Shown piece by piece: positions 29,246-38,021 of a DNA stretch of 64,000 bases. The notes under the pieces were generated by a model. It was not told where the DNA came from, ran no database searches, and worked only from the letters and a program-made list of their open reading frames with translations. The stretch's first letter is position 1; each line of letters starts with the position of its first letter. Source of the DNA: Gemmatimonadales bacterium (GTDB lineage Bacteria; Gemmatimonadota; Gemmatimonadetes; Gemmatimonadales; GWC2-71-9). The stretch is from assembly GCA_036279355.1 (NCBI GenBank), contig DASUJH010000024.1, positions 67,375-131,374 on the forward strand. Direction: 5' to 3'. The translations under genes were made by a program, and so were the position numbers.

Positions 29246-30451
29246 GTGGATACACAGACGCTCCAGCAGGTCGCGCTCTTTGAGAAGTGTCGAAACTTCA
29301 CCAAGGCGAGGGAGGTCCAGGCGGCCGGCCTGTACCCCTACTTCAAGCCGATTTCCGAGTCCGAGGACACGGTTGTCGTCATTGAGGGTCAGAAGCGCAT
29401 CATGCTGGGCTCCAATAACTACCTCGGGCTGACTCACCATCCCCAGGTATTGGAGGCTGCGCAGCGTGCCCTTTCTCGCTACGGCTCGGGATGCACGGGC
29501 AGCCGCTTTCTGAACGGGACGCTCGATCTGCATGAGCAGCTCGAGGGCGCCCTGGCCGAATTCGTCGGCAAGGAGGCGTGCCTCGTCTTCTCCACCGGCT
29601 ACCAAGCCAATCTGGGCCTCATCTCGGGGCTCGTGGGACGCGGCGACGTGGTCTATCTCGACAAGCTGGACCACGCCTCGATCGTGGATGGCGCCAAGCT
29701 CTCCTACGGCGAGACTGAGCGCTTCAACCATGGCGATCTGGCCGCGCTAGACCGCCGGCTCGAGCGCGATCGCTCCAATCGCGCGGCAATGATCATCGTG
29801 GACGGCGTCTATTCGATGGAGGGCGACATCGCCGACCTGCCGGGTCTCGTTCCACTCGCCCGGAAGCACGCCGCCGCCCTCGCGGTGGACGACGCGCACT
29901 CGCTCGGCGTGCTCGGGCCCAACGGCGACGGTACCGCGGCCCACTTCGGCATGAGCGACGATGTCGACATCATCGCCGGCACATTCTCCAAGTCCCTGGC
30001 GTCGATCGGGGGATTTGTCGCGGCACCGGAGAGCGTCATCCACTATCTGCGCCACCACAGCCGTCCGCTCATGTTCACGGCATCCCTCCCGCCCGCCAAC
30101 ACCGCTGGCGTCCTGGCGGCGCTCGAAGTCCTGCAACGGGAGCCGGAACGGCGCGAGCAGCTCTGGAAGAATACCCGCCGCCTGCACAGCGGCTTCCGCG
30201 CGCTCGGCTTCGACGTGGGCCCCACCGAGACGCCGATCGTCCCGGTGCTGATCGGCCCCATGGAGCGCACGTTCCTCATGTGGCGGCGCCTGTTCGATGC
30301 CGGCGTATTCACGAATCCGGTGGCACCGCCGGCGGTCGCGCCGACCCAGTGCCGGCTTCGTACCAGCCTCATGGCGACGCACACGTTCGATCAGATCGAT
30401 TACGCCCTCGAGACCTTCGGCCGCATCGGACGGGAGCTGGGCGTCATCTGA
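29246..30451 (+). CDS. spt: Serine palmitoyltransferase / alpha-oxoamine synthase family
   Basis: GLYPYFKPISESEDTVVVIEGQKRIMLGSNNYLGLTHHP, GSRFLNGTLDLHEQLEGALAEFVGKE, GTFSKSLASIGGF PLP-lysine motif resembling SPT rather than KBL/AONS. Confidence 0.82.
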   Translation: MDTQTLQQVALFEKCRNFTKAREVQAAGLYPYFKPISESEDTVVVIEGQKRIMLGSNNYLGLTHHPQVLEAAQRALSRYGSGCTGSRFLNGTLDLHEQLEGALAEFVGKEACLVFSTGYQANLGLISGLVGRGDVVYLDKLDHASIVDGAKLSYGETERFNHGDLAALDRRLERDRSNRAAMIIVDGVYSMEGDIADLPGLVPLARKHAAALAVDDAHSLGVLGPNGDGTAAHFGMSDDVDIIAGTFSKSLASIGGFVAAPESVIHYLRHHSRPLMFTASLPPANTAGVLAALEVLQREPERREQLWKNTRRLHSGFRALGFDVGPTETPIVPVLIGPMERTFLMWRRLFDAGVFTNPVAPPAVAPTQCRLRTSLMATHTFDQIDYALETFGRIGRELGVI

Positions 30452-30465
30452 CGCCTGCGGTCCGC

Positions 30466-31578
30466 GTGCGGCCGGCGCGATCCTCTCGAGACGTTCGGCG
30501 GTTCATCGCACTCCCCTACCGACTCCACGCACGGGACCCACTCTGGGTCCCGCCGTTGCGTCGGGACGTGGCAACGCTTCTTTCCCGCACCAAGAATCCC
30601 TTTTTCGAGCACGCCGAGGCGGAGTACTTCCTCGCCGAGCGCGGCGGCGAGGTCGTCGGCCGCATTGCGGCCATCCACAATCGCCTGCATAACGAGACCC
30701 ACGGCGACAGGGTCGGCTTCTTCGGCTTCTTCGAGTCGGTGAACGATCAGGGCGTCGCCGATGCGCTCTTCCCGGCCGCCGGTGATTGGCTGCGGGCGCG
30801 CAGGCTCGACACCATGCGCGGTCCGGCGTCGTTCTCGGTCAACGACGAATGTGGTCTGCTGGTGGAAGGCTTTGACACGCCGCCGACCCTCATGATGCCG
30901 CACAATCCGCAATACTACGTCGATCTCGTCGCCAACGCCGGTTTCGCGAAGGCGAAGGACGTGGTCTGCTTCGAGGGGCAGGATCCGGCGGGTGAAGGCG
31001 GAGCGCGCCTGATCCGCGCGGGCGAGCTTCTCCAGCGCCGCTACGGCGTGACCATACGTCCCCTCAACATGGCCGACTTTGCCGGAGAAGTTGCCCGCAT
31101 CAAGCAGCTCTACAACGCCGGCTGGGAAAAGAACTGGGGATTCGTGCCGCTCACCGACCACGAGATCGACCACCTGGCCGAGCAGTTTCGGCCGGTCGTG
31201 GTACCGGAGCTCGTGCTGTTCGCCGAACGGAACGGCCAGCCGGTCGGATTCGCCATCGGTCTTCCCGACCTCAACGTGGCGTTCCGGCGCAACCGCTCCG
31301 GCGCGTTTGTTCCCGGTCTCGTGCGAGTGCTCTGGATGCTCAAGACACGCCGCATCGGGCGACTCCGCGTCCTGCTCCTCGGCACCGTGCCCGAATTTCG
31401 CGGCAAGGGGCTCGACTCGGCACTCTACCTCGCCATCTGGAAGCATGGCAACGCCAAGGGTATTCACTGGGGCGAGGCGGGGTGGATCCTCGAGGACAAC
31501 GCCCCGATGATCGCGGGCATGGTCAAAATGGGTTGGCGGGTCTACAAGACGTATCGGTTCTACGATCGACCGCTATGA
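30466..31578 (+). CDS. GNAT-fold N-acyltransferase-like protein; candidate bacterial ceramide synthase
   Basis: RFIALPYRLHARDPLWVPPLRRDVATLL, FFGFFESVNDQ, LLGTVPEFRGKGLDSALYLAIWKHG; position directly after spt. GTG start at 30466. Confidence 0.6.
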   Translation: MRPARSSRDVRRFIALPYRLHARDPLWVPPLRRDVATLLSRTKNPFFEHAEAEYFLAERGGEVVGRIAAIHNRLHNETHGDRVGFFGFFESVNDQGVADALFPAAGDWLRARRLDTMRGPASFSVNDECGLLVEGFDTPPTLMMPHNPQYYVDLVANAGFAKAKDVVCFEGQDPAGEGGARLIRAGELLQRRYGVTIRPLNMADFAGEVARIKQLYNAGWEKNWGFVPLTDHEIDHLAEQFRPVVVPELVLFAERNGQPVGFAIGLPDLNVAFRRNRSGAFVPGLVRVLWMLKTRRIGRLRVLLLGTVPEFRGKGLDSALYLAIWKHGNAKGIHWGEAGWILEDNAPMIAGMVKMGWRVYKTYRFYDRPL

Positions 31579-32537
31579 AGGCGCTGGTCACGGGCGCGAC
31601 CGGGTTCGTGGGGAGCCACCTGGTCGAGGCGCTCCGCGCGCGCGGCGCCGATGTGACGCTGCTGGTGCGCTCGCCGGCGAAGGCCGGCCCACTCGCGACG
31701 CTTGGCGTTGAGATCGTAGCCGGCGGTCTCGAGGATGGGACGGCCCTCCGACAGGCGGCCGAGGGTCAGGACGTGATCTTCCATGCCGCGGGGGTCGTGG
31801 CGGCCCGGAGCGAGGCGGAATTCCAGCGGGTGAACCGCGACGGCACGGCAGCGGTCGTCGCAGCCGCAGCGGCAGGGAGCGTGGGCCGACTCGTTTTGGT
31901 CTCTTCACTCGCGGCAGCCGGTCCGGCCGAGCGAGGCCATCCGCTGACCGGCGAGGAGCCGCCGCGACCGGTGACCGCCTACGGGCGCAGCAAGCTGGCT
32001 GGCGAGGCCGTGGTGCGGGAGGGTCGGGTGCCCTGGACCATCGTGCGGCCGCCGATGGTGTACGGCCCGCGCGACCGTGAAGTCCTGAAGCTCTTCCGGC
32101 TCGCCCGGATCGGAATAGCGCCGGTCTTCGGCGGAGGCGAGCAGGAGTTGAGCGCGGTGCATGCCGCCGACCTCGGCGCGGCGCTCGTGGCGGCCTCGAC
32201 GGCGCCGGCTGAGCGACTCTATCATGTGTGCCATCCGGAGACCTTCACCAGCGGTGATTTCGTGAAGTCGGTCGGCGCCACCATGGGGCGGCGAGTCCGA
32301 GTCATCGCGCTGCCGCAGCTCGTCGGCCGCGCGCTCCTCGGCGTCACCGGCACCGCGGCACGCATCGCGGGGCAGGCGACGATCCTTACCGCCGATAAGG
32401 CCAATGAATTCTTTCAGGCCGCCTGGACCGCCGACCCCGGGCCCCTCACACGCGACACCGGCTGGCGTGCCCGATATGAGCTGGCCTCCGGCCTCGCAGA
32501 CACGTATCGCTGGTATTGCGCGGCCGGATGGCTGTGA
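31575..32537 (+). CDS. NAD-dependent epimerase/dehydratase (extended SDR), CerR-like candidate
   Basis: MKALVTGATGFVGSHLVEAL, AYGRSKLAGE (YxxxK), VRPPMVYGPRD. Confidence 0.88.
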   Translation: MKALVTGATGFVGSHLVEALRARGADVTLLVRSPAKAGPLATLGVEIVAGGLEDGTALRQAAEGQDVIFHAAGVVAARSEAEFQRVNRDGTAAVVAAAAAGSVGRLVLVSSLAAAGPAERGHPLTGEEPPRPVTAYGRSKLAGEAVVREGRVPWTIVRPPMVYGPRDREVLKLFRLARIGIAPVFGGGEQELSAVHAADLGAALVAASTAPAERLYHVCHPETFTSGDFVKSVGATMGRRVRVIALPQLVGRALLGVTGTAARIAGQATILTADKANEFFQAAWTADPGPLTRDTGWRARYELASGLADTYRWYCAAGWL

Positions 32538-33406
32538 TCGCGGACGGCGCGGAGACGGCCCGTGACGTGGCGGCGCGAGCGCACCGGCTCCGGCCGGTCG
32601 ACGCCGTGGTGCTCGGCTATGCGGCGGCGACGTCGCTCGTTGCGCTTCTCCGGATCGGCGTGCTCCCCCGCTGCGGATGGGTGCTGCTCCTCAACGTCCT
32701 CATGGCGCTGCTCGTTCTTCTCCTCACGCGGCGGACGCTCGGTCCCTTCGGTGGCGTCGTACGCGAAATCTATCCGCTGTTGCTGCTGCCATTGCTCTAC
32801 AGCGCGCTGGGTGTCCTGAACGGCGGGGGTCGCCTGCCAGTGCACGACCTCCTCGTGCAGCGCTGGGAGGCAGCGCTCTTCGGTGGCCAGCCGAGCCGCG
32901 ACTGGTGGCGCGCCGACCCGAGCCGGCTCTGGTCGACGGTGCTCCACGCCGCGTATTTCAGCTACTACTTCATCATTGCGATACCGGCGGGCCTGCTCCT
33001 CGCATGGCGCGACCGCCCGGGACTCAGGCGATTCGTGCTCGCGGTCGTGGCGACGTTCGTGTTCTGCTTTCTCTGCTTCGTGCTCTTCCCGGTGGCGGGA
33101 CCGTACTACGCGTTTCCACGCCCGGATGCGGCGTTCCTCGACAACCCCGCGGCGCGGCTCGTGTACGCCACGCTCGCACGCGGCAGCTCGTACGGCGCGG
33201 CGTTTCCGTCGTCGCACGTGGCGGCGAGCGTCGCGGCCACGTTTTCCGCGTGGGCTGCGTCGCGCCGGCTCGGCGTCCTGGTCGCCGTGCCGGCCGCGCT
33301 GCTCACGGTGGGAGTGGTGTACTGCCAGATGCACTATGTGGTCGACGCGCTCGCCGGGCTCGCGGTCGGGAGCGGGTTCGGACTTGCGGTCGCGCGGCGG
33401 ACCTGA
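32528..33406 (+). CDS. PAP2-superfamily membrane enzyme, Aur1/Ipt1-like
   Basis: Multi-TM; GAAFPSSHVAASVAATFSAW and YCQMHYVVDALAG catalytic-like His motifs. Confidence 0.75.
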   Translation: MAVIADGAETARDVAARAHRLRPVDAVVLGYAAATSLVALLRIGVLPRCGWVLLLNVLMALLVLLLTRRTLGPFGGVVREIYPLLLLPLLYSALGVLNGGGRLPVHDLLVQRWEAALFGGQPSRDWWRADPSRLWSTVLHAAYFSYYFIIAIPAGLLLAWRDRPGLRRFVLAVVATFVFCFLCFVLFPVAGPYYAFPRPDAAFLDNPAARLVYATLARGSSYGAAFPSSHVAASVAATFSAWAASRRLGVLVAVPAALLTVGVVYCQMHYVVDALAGLAVGSGFGLAVARRT

Positions 33407-33432
33407 TCCGCGGCTGCGCGGAACCGGACGAG

Positions 33433-33452
33433 GGGGCCCGGCGCCGGGCCCC
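33433..33452. terminator. Perfect 20-bp palindrome GGGGCCCGGCGCCGGGCCCC between convergent genes; possible bidirectional terminator or other structured element
   Basis: Sequence equals its reverse complement; lies between the PAP2 and cupredoxin stop codons; no U-tract. Confidence 0.35.
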
Positions 33453-33479
33453 TCGCGCAGTTCCGATGCTGGCGCGCGG

Positions 33480-33983
33480 CTATTGGACGGTCAGCACGCC
33501 GACCATGCCGAGCGCGTGGTGCGGCCCGCAGAAGAAATGGTAGGTGCCGGTGGGTGCGTCCTTGAGCGACAGCTGGAACGACTCACCCTCGGTCTTGAGC
33601 GACTCGTTCACGAGGCTGCCCCCCGCCTCGAGCGGCGCCACGGCGAGCGCCTTGATCTGCGGCGGCACGTTGGCGGGGATGCTGTCAGGATAGAACTGTA
33701 CGTTGTGTGCGCCGCCGCTCACGCTATGAAACGTGATCACGTCGCCCGGCTTGGCCGTGAGCGTGTTGGGGACGTACTTGTATGTGGTCCCCTCCAGCAC
33801 CATGTTCACGTCGTGGTTCGCGCCTCCGGGCGCCGGGGCGTCCGAGCCGGCGGCCGCCGGCGCCGGCGCGGCGGGCTGGTCAGCGGGGGGAGTTGTGGTA
33901 GTCGACTGATTGGCGGCCTGCTTCTCGCCGCCACATGCCGCGACCACGAAGGCGAGCCCCACCGCGAAGGACGAAATGCGCAT
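33480..33983 (-). CDS. Plastocyanin/azurin-family cupredoxin lipoprotein
   Basis: Lipobox FVVAACG; YVPNTLTAKPGDVITFHSVSGGAHNVQF; GTYHFFCGPHHALGMVGVLTV copper ligands. Confidence 0.88.
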   Translation of the reverse strand: MRISSFAVGLAFVVAACGGEKQAANQSTTTTPPADQPAAPAPAAAGSDAPAPGGANHDVNMVLEGTTYKYVPNTLTAKPGDVITFHSVSGGAHNVQFYPDSIPANVPPQIKALAVAPLEAGGSLVNESLKTEGESFQLSLKDAPTGTYHFFCGPHHALGMVGVLTVQ

Positions 33984-34091
33984 CACTCTTGAGCCTCCGA
34001 ATTGTTGAACGTTGGACGCACCACCTGAGCGAGGGTCGGACGCCGGCCCGAACATGGTTGTGAAGAATTTCACAAGATTGTTTGGGCAGCC

Positions 34092-34922
34092 GTGAATTTG
34101 GCATCGCCCCGATCTCCCCGCAAGGTTGTTGCGCTTGGGGCGCCTCCCTGCCGTGCGCTCGGGAGCCAGTGCCGGCGGCTCAAGGTCACGCTCCGCATCG
34201 GCTCGCTGGAGGAAGGACGGACGTCGCTCGACCACGAGGCGACCTGGCTGCTCGGCCACACGGCGCAGATCGCCTTCGGCGACATCTGGGAGGGGGGCGG
34301 CGACCTGTACGTCGAGGCGGTTCTGCACGTGCCCTGCCGCCACCTGCAGCTCCGCAGCGAAGGAGCGACGTGCCTGGCGCACGGCTATGCAAGCGCGCCC
34401 CATCGGGCAGGGCGGATCGCCGCGCAACCACGCCGCCTGGGAGGCGACCGATTCCGTGTGGTGGACGGCATGCGGCTCGTAGCGCGCGAGCTGCGACGCC
34501 CCGCAGCTCCACCGCCGCCGGCCACGCCCCGCGCGCTCCCAGTGATCGTCACCGACAATCCGTGTGTGAGCGCGCCCTGCCGGACAGCCGACAACCGCCG
34601 CGGCGCGGCGTGCTGTCGCGACCTCCAGATCGAGATCATGTGCACGCGCAGGCAGAAGGCACTCGAGGCGCTAGTGCGGGCCCGCCGCTCGCCATATATG
34701 TGCAAGGTCACCCGGCCGGGCGATTTCTCGATCGAGGCCGAAGTGATCTCGGCGTGCGGGTATCTTGAAGGCGACGGGATCAGCTGTGCGCTGCACGGCC
34801 GGGAACGGGTCGACGGACGGCCGGCCAAACCGGATCTCTGCAGCGACTGGCCGCCCAGAAACAAGGGCGTGCACCCCGGCTGCGTGTTCCGGCCGGTGCG
34901 CCGCCGGACACAGAGGGAATGA
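34092..34922 (+). CDS. Cys-rich protein, possibly divergent YkgJ/CxxCxxCC-type metal-binding protein
   Basis: NPCVSAPCRTADNRRGAACCRDLQIEIMC ... CGYLEGDGISCALHGRE ... RPAKPDLCSDWPP. Confidence 0.45.
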   Translation: MNLASPRSPRKVVALGAPPCRALGSQCRRLKVTLRIGSLEEGRTSLDHEATWLLGHTAQIAFGDIWEGGGDLYVEAVLHVPCRHLQLRSEGATCLAHGYASAPHRAGRIAAQPRRLGGDRFRVVDGMRLVARELRRPAAPPPPATPRALPVIVTDNPCVSAPCRTADNRRGAACCRDLQIEIMCTRRQKALEALVRARRSPYMCKVTRPGDFSIEAEVISACGYLEGDGISCALHGRERVDGRPAKPDLCSDWPPRNKGVHPGCVFRPVRRRTQRE

Positions 34923-35037
34923 TGCCCGAACCGCGGTGTGCAACCCCGTACAGGCCCGGCGTCCACATGGCAGTGCCCGCCAGGCGCCCGCGGAACTCCC
35001 CGCAGCGCGCCATCCGAGCCAGCGGCCGTGAGGATAC

Positions 35038-35550
35038 GTGAGCGACGAGTTCGAAGCGCTATACGAATCCACCTACACGGCGGTGGTCCGGTTTCTCTAC
35101 CGGAAGGTCTGGGACGCCGAGCGGGCAGAGGATCTGGCCCAGGAGGTGTTCGTGCGCATGCTGACGCACCGGCCCGAAAAGCCGAGGGCGTGGCTCTTCG
35201 CGGTGGCCGCAAACCTCGCACGGGACGAGGCGCGAGCGGCGGTCCGCCGCCGGCGTCACCTCACGCTGCTCAAGAGCGATCCCGTGGCGATGCCGTCGCG
35301 CGCGCCGTCGGCCGATGAGCAGATGGAGCGCGACGAGGAGCTGATGCTGGTGCACGATGCGCTCGAGGTGCTCACGCCGCGAGATCGCGAGATCCTGCTG
35401 CTATGGGACGCGGGGCTCAGCTACCCCGAAATCGCCGACCAGACCGGCCTCGCACTCGGCGCGGTCGGCACCACGCTGGCCCGCGCACGGAAGCGGTTGG
35501 TGGCCGCGCACGGCCGACAGGGAGCAGGTGGGCATGTTGCACATTCCTGA
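35038..35550 (+). CDS. ECF-type RNA polymerase sigma factor
   Basis: DAERAEDLAQEVFVRML region 2 and LTPRDREILLLWDAGLSYPEIADQTGLALGAVGTTLARARKRL region 4. Confidence 0.93.
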   Translation: MSDEFEALYESTYTAVVRFLYRKVWDAERAEDLAQEVFVRMLTHRPEKPRAWLFAVAANLARDEARAAVRRRRHLTLLKSDPVAMPSRAPSADEQMERDEELMLVHDALEVLTPRDREILLLWDAGLSYPEIADQTGLALGAVGTTLARARKRLVAAHGRQGAGGHVAHS

Positions 35551-36637
35551 AGACCGTCTGCACGCCTACCTCGATCAGGGTCTCGAGCGGCTCGAGTGCG
35601 TCGAGATCGAGAGTCATCTGGCCGAGTGTACCCGCTGTCAGACCCTGCGTGACAGCATCGCCGCGCTACGCGACCGCACCACGGCGCTCCTCGCCCGCGC
35701 GGCGCCGCGCCGACGCCTCCCGCCGCCCAGCGCGGAGATCCGCCGGATCGCCGACGAGCGGCTCGCCCGGCGCCAGCGCCGACTGCATCGCGTGGCATGG
35801 GCCGCGAGCGTGGTTGCGGCACTGGGCGTGGGGTGGGGGGCGAGTGTCCTGGTCCGCCCGACCGAACGGCACTCGATCGACCCGAGCGCCCCGCGTATGG
35901 CTGACCTTCCGGGTTCCCTCGCCGAGACACCGCGCCTGGCCGACGCACCCTCACCGCCGACCACCGCCCCCATGCTCGCGGCCGAACCTGAGCAGCCGGC
36001 CGATACGTCGGCGCGAAGCCCAGCCGAGCGTCACGCGACCTCTTCCACGCGTGCGGCGCCTCATTCGGCACCGGCCCAGCGCCACCGCGCGAGCGGCCAC
36101 ACGCGAAGCAGCACTGACCAACTCGCCGCCCGGAGCTCAGGCGGCGGTGCCGCGCACGCCGGACGCGACATTGATCAGCACACGGCGGCGGAGTTGACCA
36201 CCATCGGGCAGATTCCGAAGGACGCGCAGCTCGAAGTGGGCCGCATGTGGCGCACGGTGTCATGGGACGGCGCCAAGGACGCGGCGGGCGATGCGCCGCC
36301 GCGCATCGATGGACTTCCCGTGGTCGAGGTACAGGTTCAGGGCGGCGATAGCGGCAAGCGGCCGCTCATGGTCGTGGCGCAGCAGCTCAAGTCGGGCGAA
36401 GTGATCCGCACAATTGAAGGGCCGGCCGCGGATGTCTCGGTGCTGCTCGGCACACACCCCGCGTCGGTGAGCAGCGAATCCGCGTCGGCCCCGGTGCAGG
36501 CGCACTCTGCACCTGAAGGCTTCGGAAGCGCGCTCGCGCTCCGTCGCGGCGACCGCATGGTCGCGGTGACCGGCAGCCTGCCGAAGGATTCGCTTCGGGC
36601 AATGATGAACAGGTTGTTGAGGATGGGAAGGCGTTAG
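35534..36637 (+). CDS. Zinc-finger anti-sigma factor with single TM
   Basis: HLAECTRCQTLRDSIAAL zf-HC2-like motif, TM VAWAASVVAALGVGWGASVL; overlaps the sigma gene. Confidence 0.78.
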   Translation: MLHIPEDRLHAYLDQGLERLECVEIESHLAECTRCQTLRDSIAALRDRTTALLARAAPRRRLPPPSAEIRRIADERLARRQRRLHRVAWAASVVAALGVGWGASVLVRPTERHSIDPSAPRMADLPGSLAETPRLADAPSPPTTAPMLAAEPEQPADTSARSPAERHATSSTRAAPHSAPAQRHRASGHTRSSTDQLAARSSGGGAAHAGRDIDQHTAAELTTIGQIPKDAQLEVGRMWRTVSWDGAKDAAGDAPPRIDGLPVVEVQVQGGDSGKRPLMVVAQQLKSGEVIRTIEGPAADVSVLLGTHPASVSSESASAPVQAHSAPEGFGSALALRRGDRMVAVTGSLPKDSLRAMMNRLLRMGRR

Positions 36638-36652
36638 CGAAGCCGCCTTCCC
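36625..36652. terminator. Stem-loop GGGAAGGCG-N10-CGCCTTCCC between convergent anti-sigma and ActF genes
   Basis: 9-bp perfect inverted repeat read directly (36625-36633 / 36644-36652); no strong U-tract. Confidence 0.4.
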
Positions 36653-36680
36653 CTCCGGTCCTTACCGCCTCTACCGCCCT

Positions 36681-38021
36681 TTACAAGTCTGCATCATGCA
36701 CGTAGTCCCGATCCGCATCCTCGTGGTCGAAGACGTCGACCTCGTGGTGACCGAGCTCGCGGCGCAGGGTGATCTCGGCGAGCCGGGGCGACACCATCGG
36801 AAACGTCCGACCGAACCAGGCATAGCTCAGGAGATAGAGACCGGTGAAGAGTAGCGTCGGCCCGAGCTCAAACACGCCGAATGCCGGGCCGGGGAGCGTC
36901 GTGATGGAGGGCAGGACGAGGATGTAGCTCTGGAGCCAGAGGGCCACGAGACTCACCGCCGCGAAGAAGCCGAGGGTGACCTTCGTCTTCTTCGGTGCCA
37001 CGCCGAGGAGTCCCATGAACGGCACGACGAACATCCCGAGGAACACCAGCCGGGCGATCGGCACCCACGGTCCCCAGAGTCGGCTGTAGATGAACCCGGT
37101 TTCCTCGGGCATGTTGCCGTACCAGATCACGATGAATTGGGCCCAGAGGAGATACATCCAGAACACGGTGAACCCGAAGCACAGCTTGCCTAGGTCATGC
37201 CGCTGCTTCGGTGAGATGAGATCGACGATCCCGAGGTGGCGGCCGTTGTGAATGAGGAGGAGCGCGAGCAGCATGTGGCCGCCGAGAAAGCAGGCCATGA
37301 AGAACCAGCCGCCGAACAGGTTGGAGTACCAGTGCGGCTGCAGCGCCATGACGCCGTCGAACGCGAGCAAGGTGAACACCGCCGCGAAGAGCACGGCATA
37401 CGTCGCCGAGCCCTGGCGGATCCGGTGGTCGTTCAGCTCGATCGAGCCTTCGGATCCGTCGTAGCCGGCGGTGAGGCGGAGGAAGCGCGCACGCCGGGCG
37501 CCGGTCACGGTCTCGCGGGCGGCAAACGCATCGGGCACGAGGTCGGCGCGCACGAAGCGCCACCCCACGTAGTACAGTGCGCCGAGCGCGATCAGCAGCC
37601 GGATGAACATCACCCAACGGGAGAGCCAGACGATCTTGGCCGGCTGCATGGTGGGCAACTGCGCCGCCATTGGTCCGTAGATGTGGGAATATCCCAGCGT
37701 GAAGATGACGACGAGCCCGAGGAGCGAAATCGGGAAGAACGCCACCGACGCTTCGGCGAATCGGAGCACGAGGCCCGACCAGCGGGCGTTCGCGATTTTA
37801 TAGGCCGCCGCAAGAGCGATGCTCCCCCCGGCGAGACCGGTGAAGTAGATCCAGTTGACGTGGAATAGACCCCACGCCCGGTCCGCGCCTGCGCCGCTGA
37901 TCGAGCTGATGAAGAGAATGAGCCCGAGCACGGCAAGGCCGCCGCCGATGCCAAGGAACAGCTCGTAGCGGCCGGCGAGCGATGCCGACACGAGCCGCTG
38001 GCGCAACCGGGCGGGGTCCAT
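36681..38021 (-). CDS. actF: Alternative Complex III quinol:cytochrome c oxidoreductase subunit ActF
   Basis: Multi-TM, HVNWIYFTGLAGGSIALAAAYKI; position in act cluster. Confidence 0.82.
   Translation of the reverse strand: MDPARLRQRLVSASLAGRYELFLGIGGGLAVLGLILFISSISGAGADRAWGLFHVNWIYFTGLAGGSIALAAAYKIANARWSGLVLRFAEASVAFFPISLLGLVVIFTLGYSHIYGPMAAQLPTMQPAKIVWLSRWVMFIRLLIALGALYYVGWRFVRADLVPDAFAARETVTGARRARFLRLTAGYDGSEGSIELNDHRIRQGSATYAVLFAAVFTLLAFDGVMALQPHWYSNLFGGWFFMACFLGGHMLLALLLIHNGRHLGIVDLISPKQRHDLGKLCFGFTVFWMYLLWAQFIVIWYGNMPEETGFIYSRLWGPWVPIARLVFLGMFVVPFMGLLGVAPKKTKVTLGFFAAVSLVALWLQSYILVLPSITTLPGPAFGVFELGPTLLFTGLYLLSYAWFGRTFPMVSPRLAEITLRRELGHHEVDVFDHEDADRDYVHDADL

Noticed and set aside
34092-34922. 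Calling the Cys-rich protein a ferredoxin
   Set aside because: Cysteine spacing does not fit CxxCxxCxxxCP; YkgJ-like layout is a better though still weak match.
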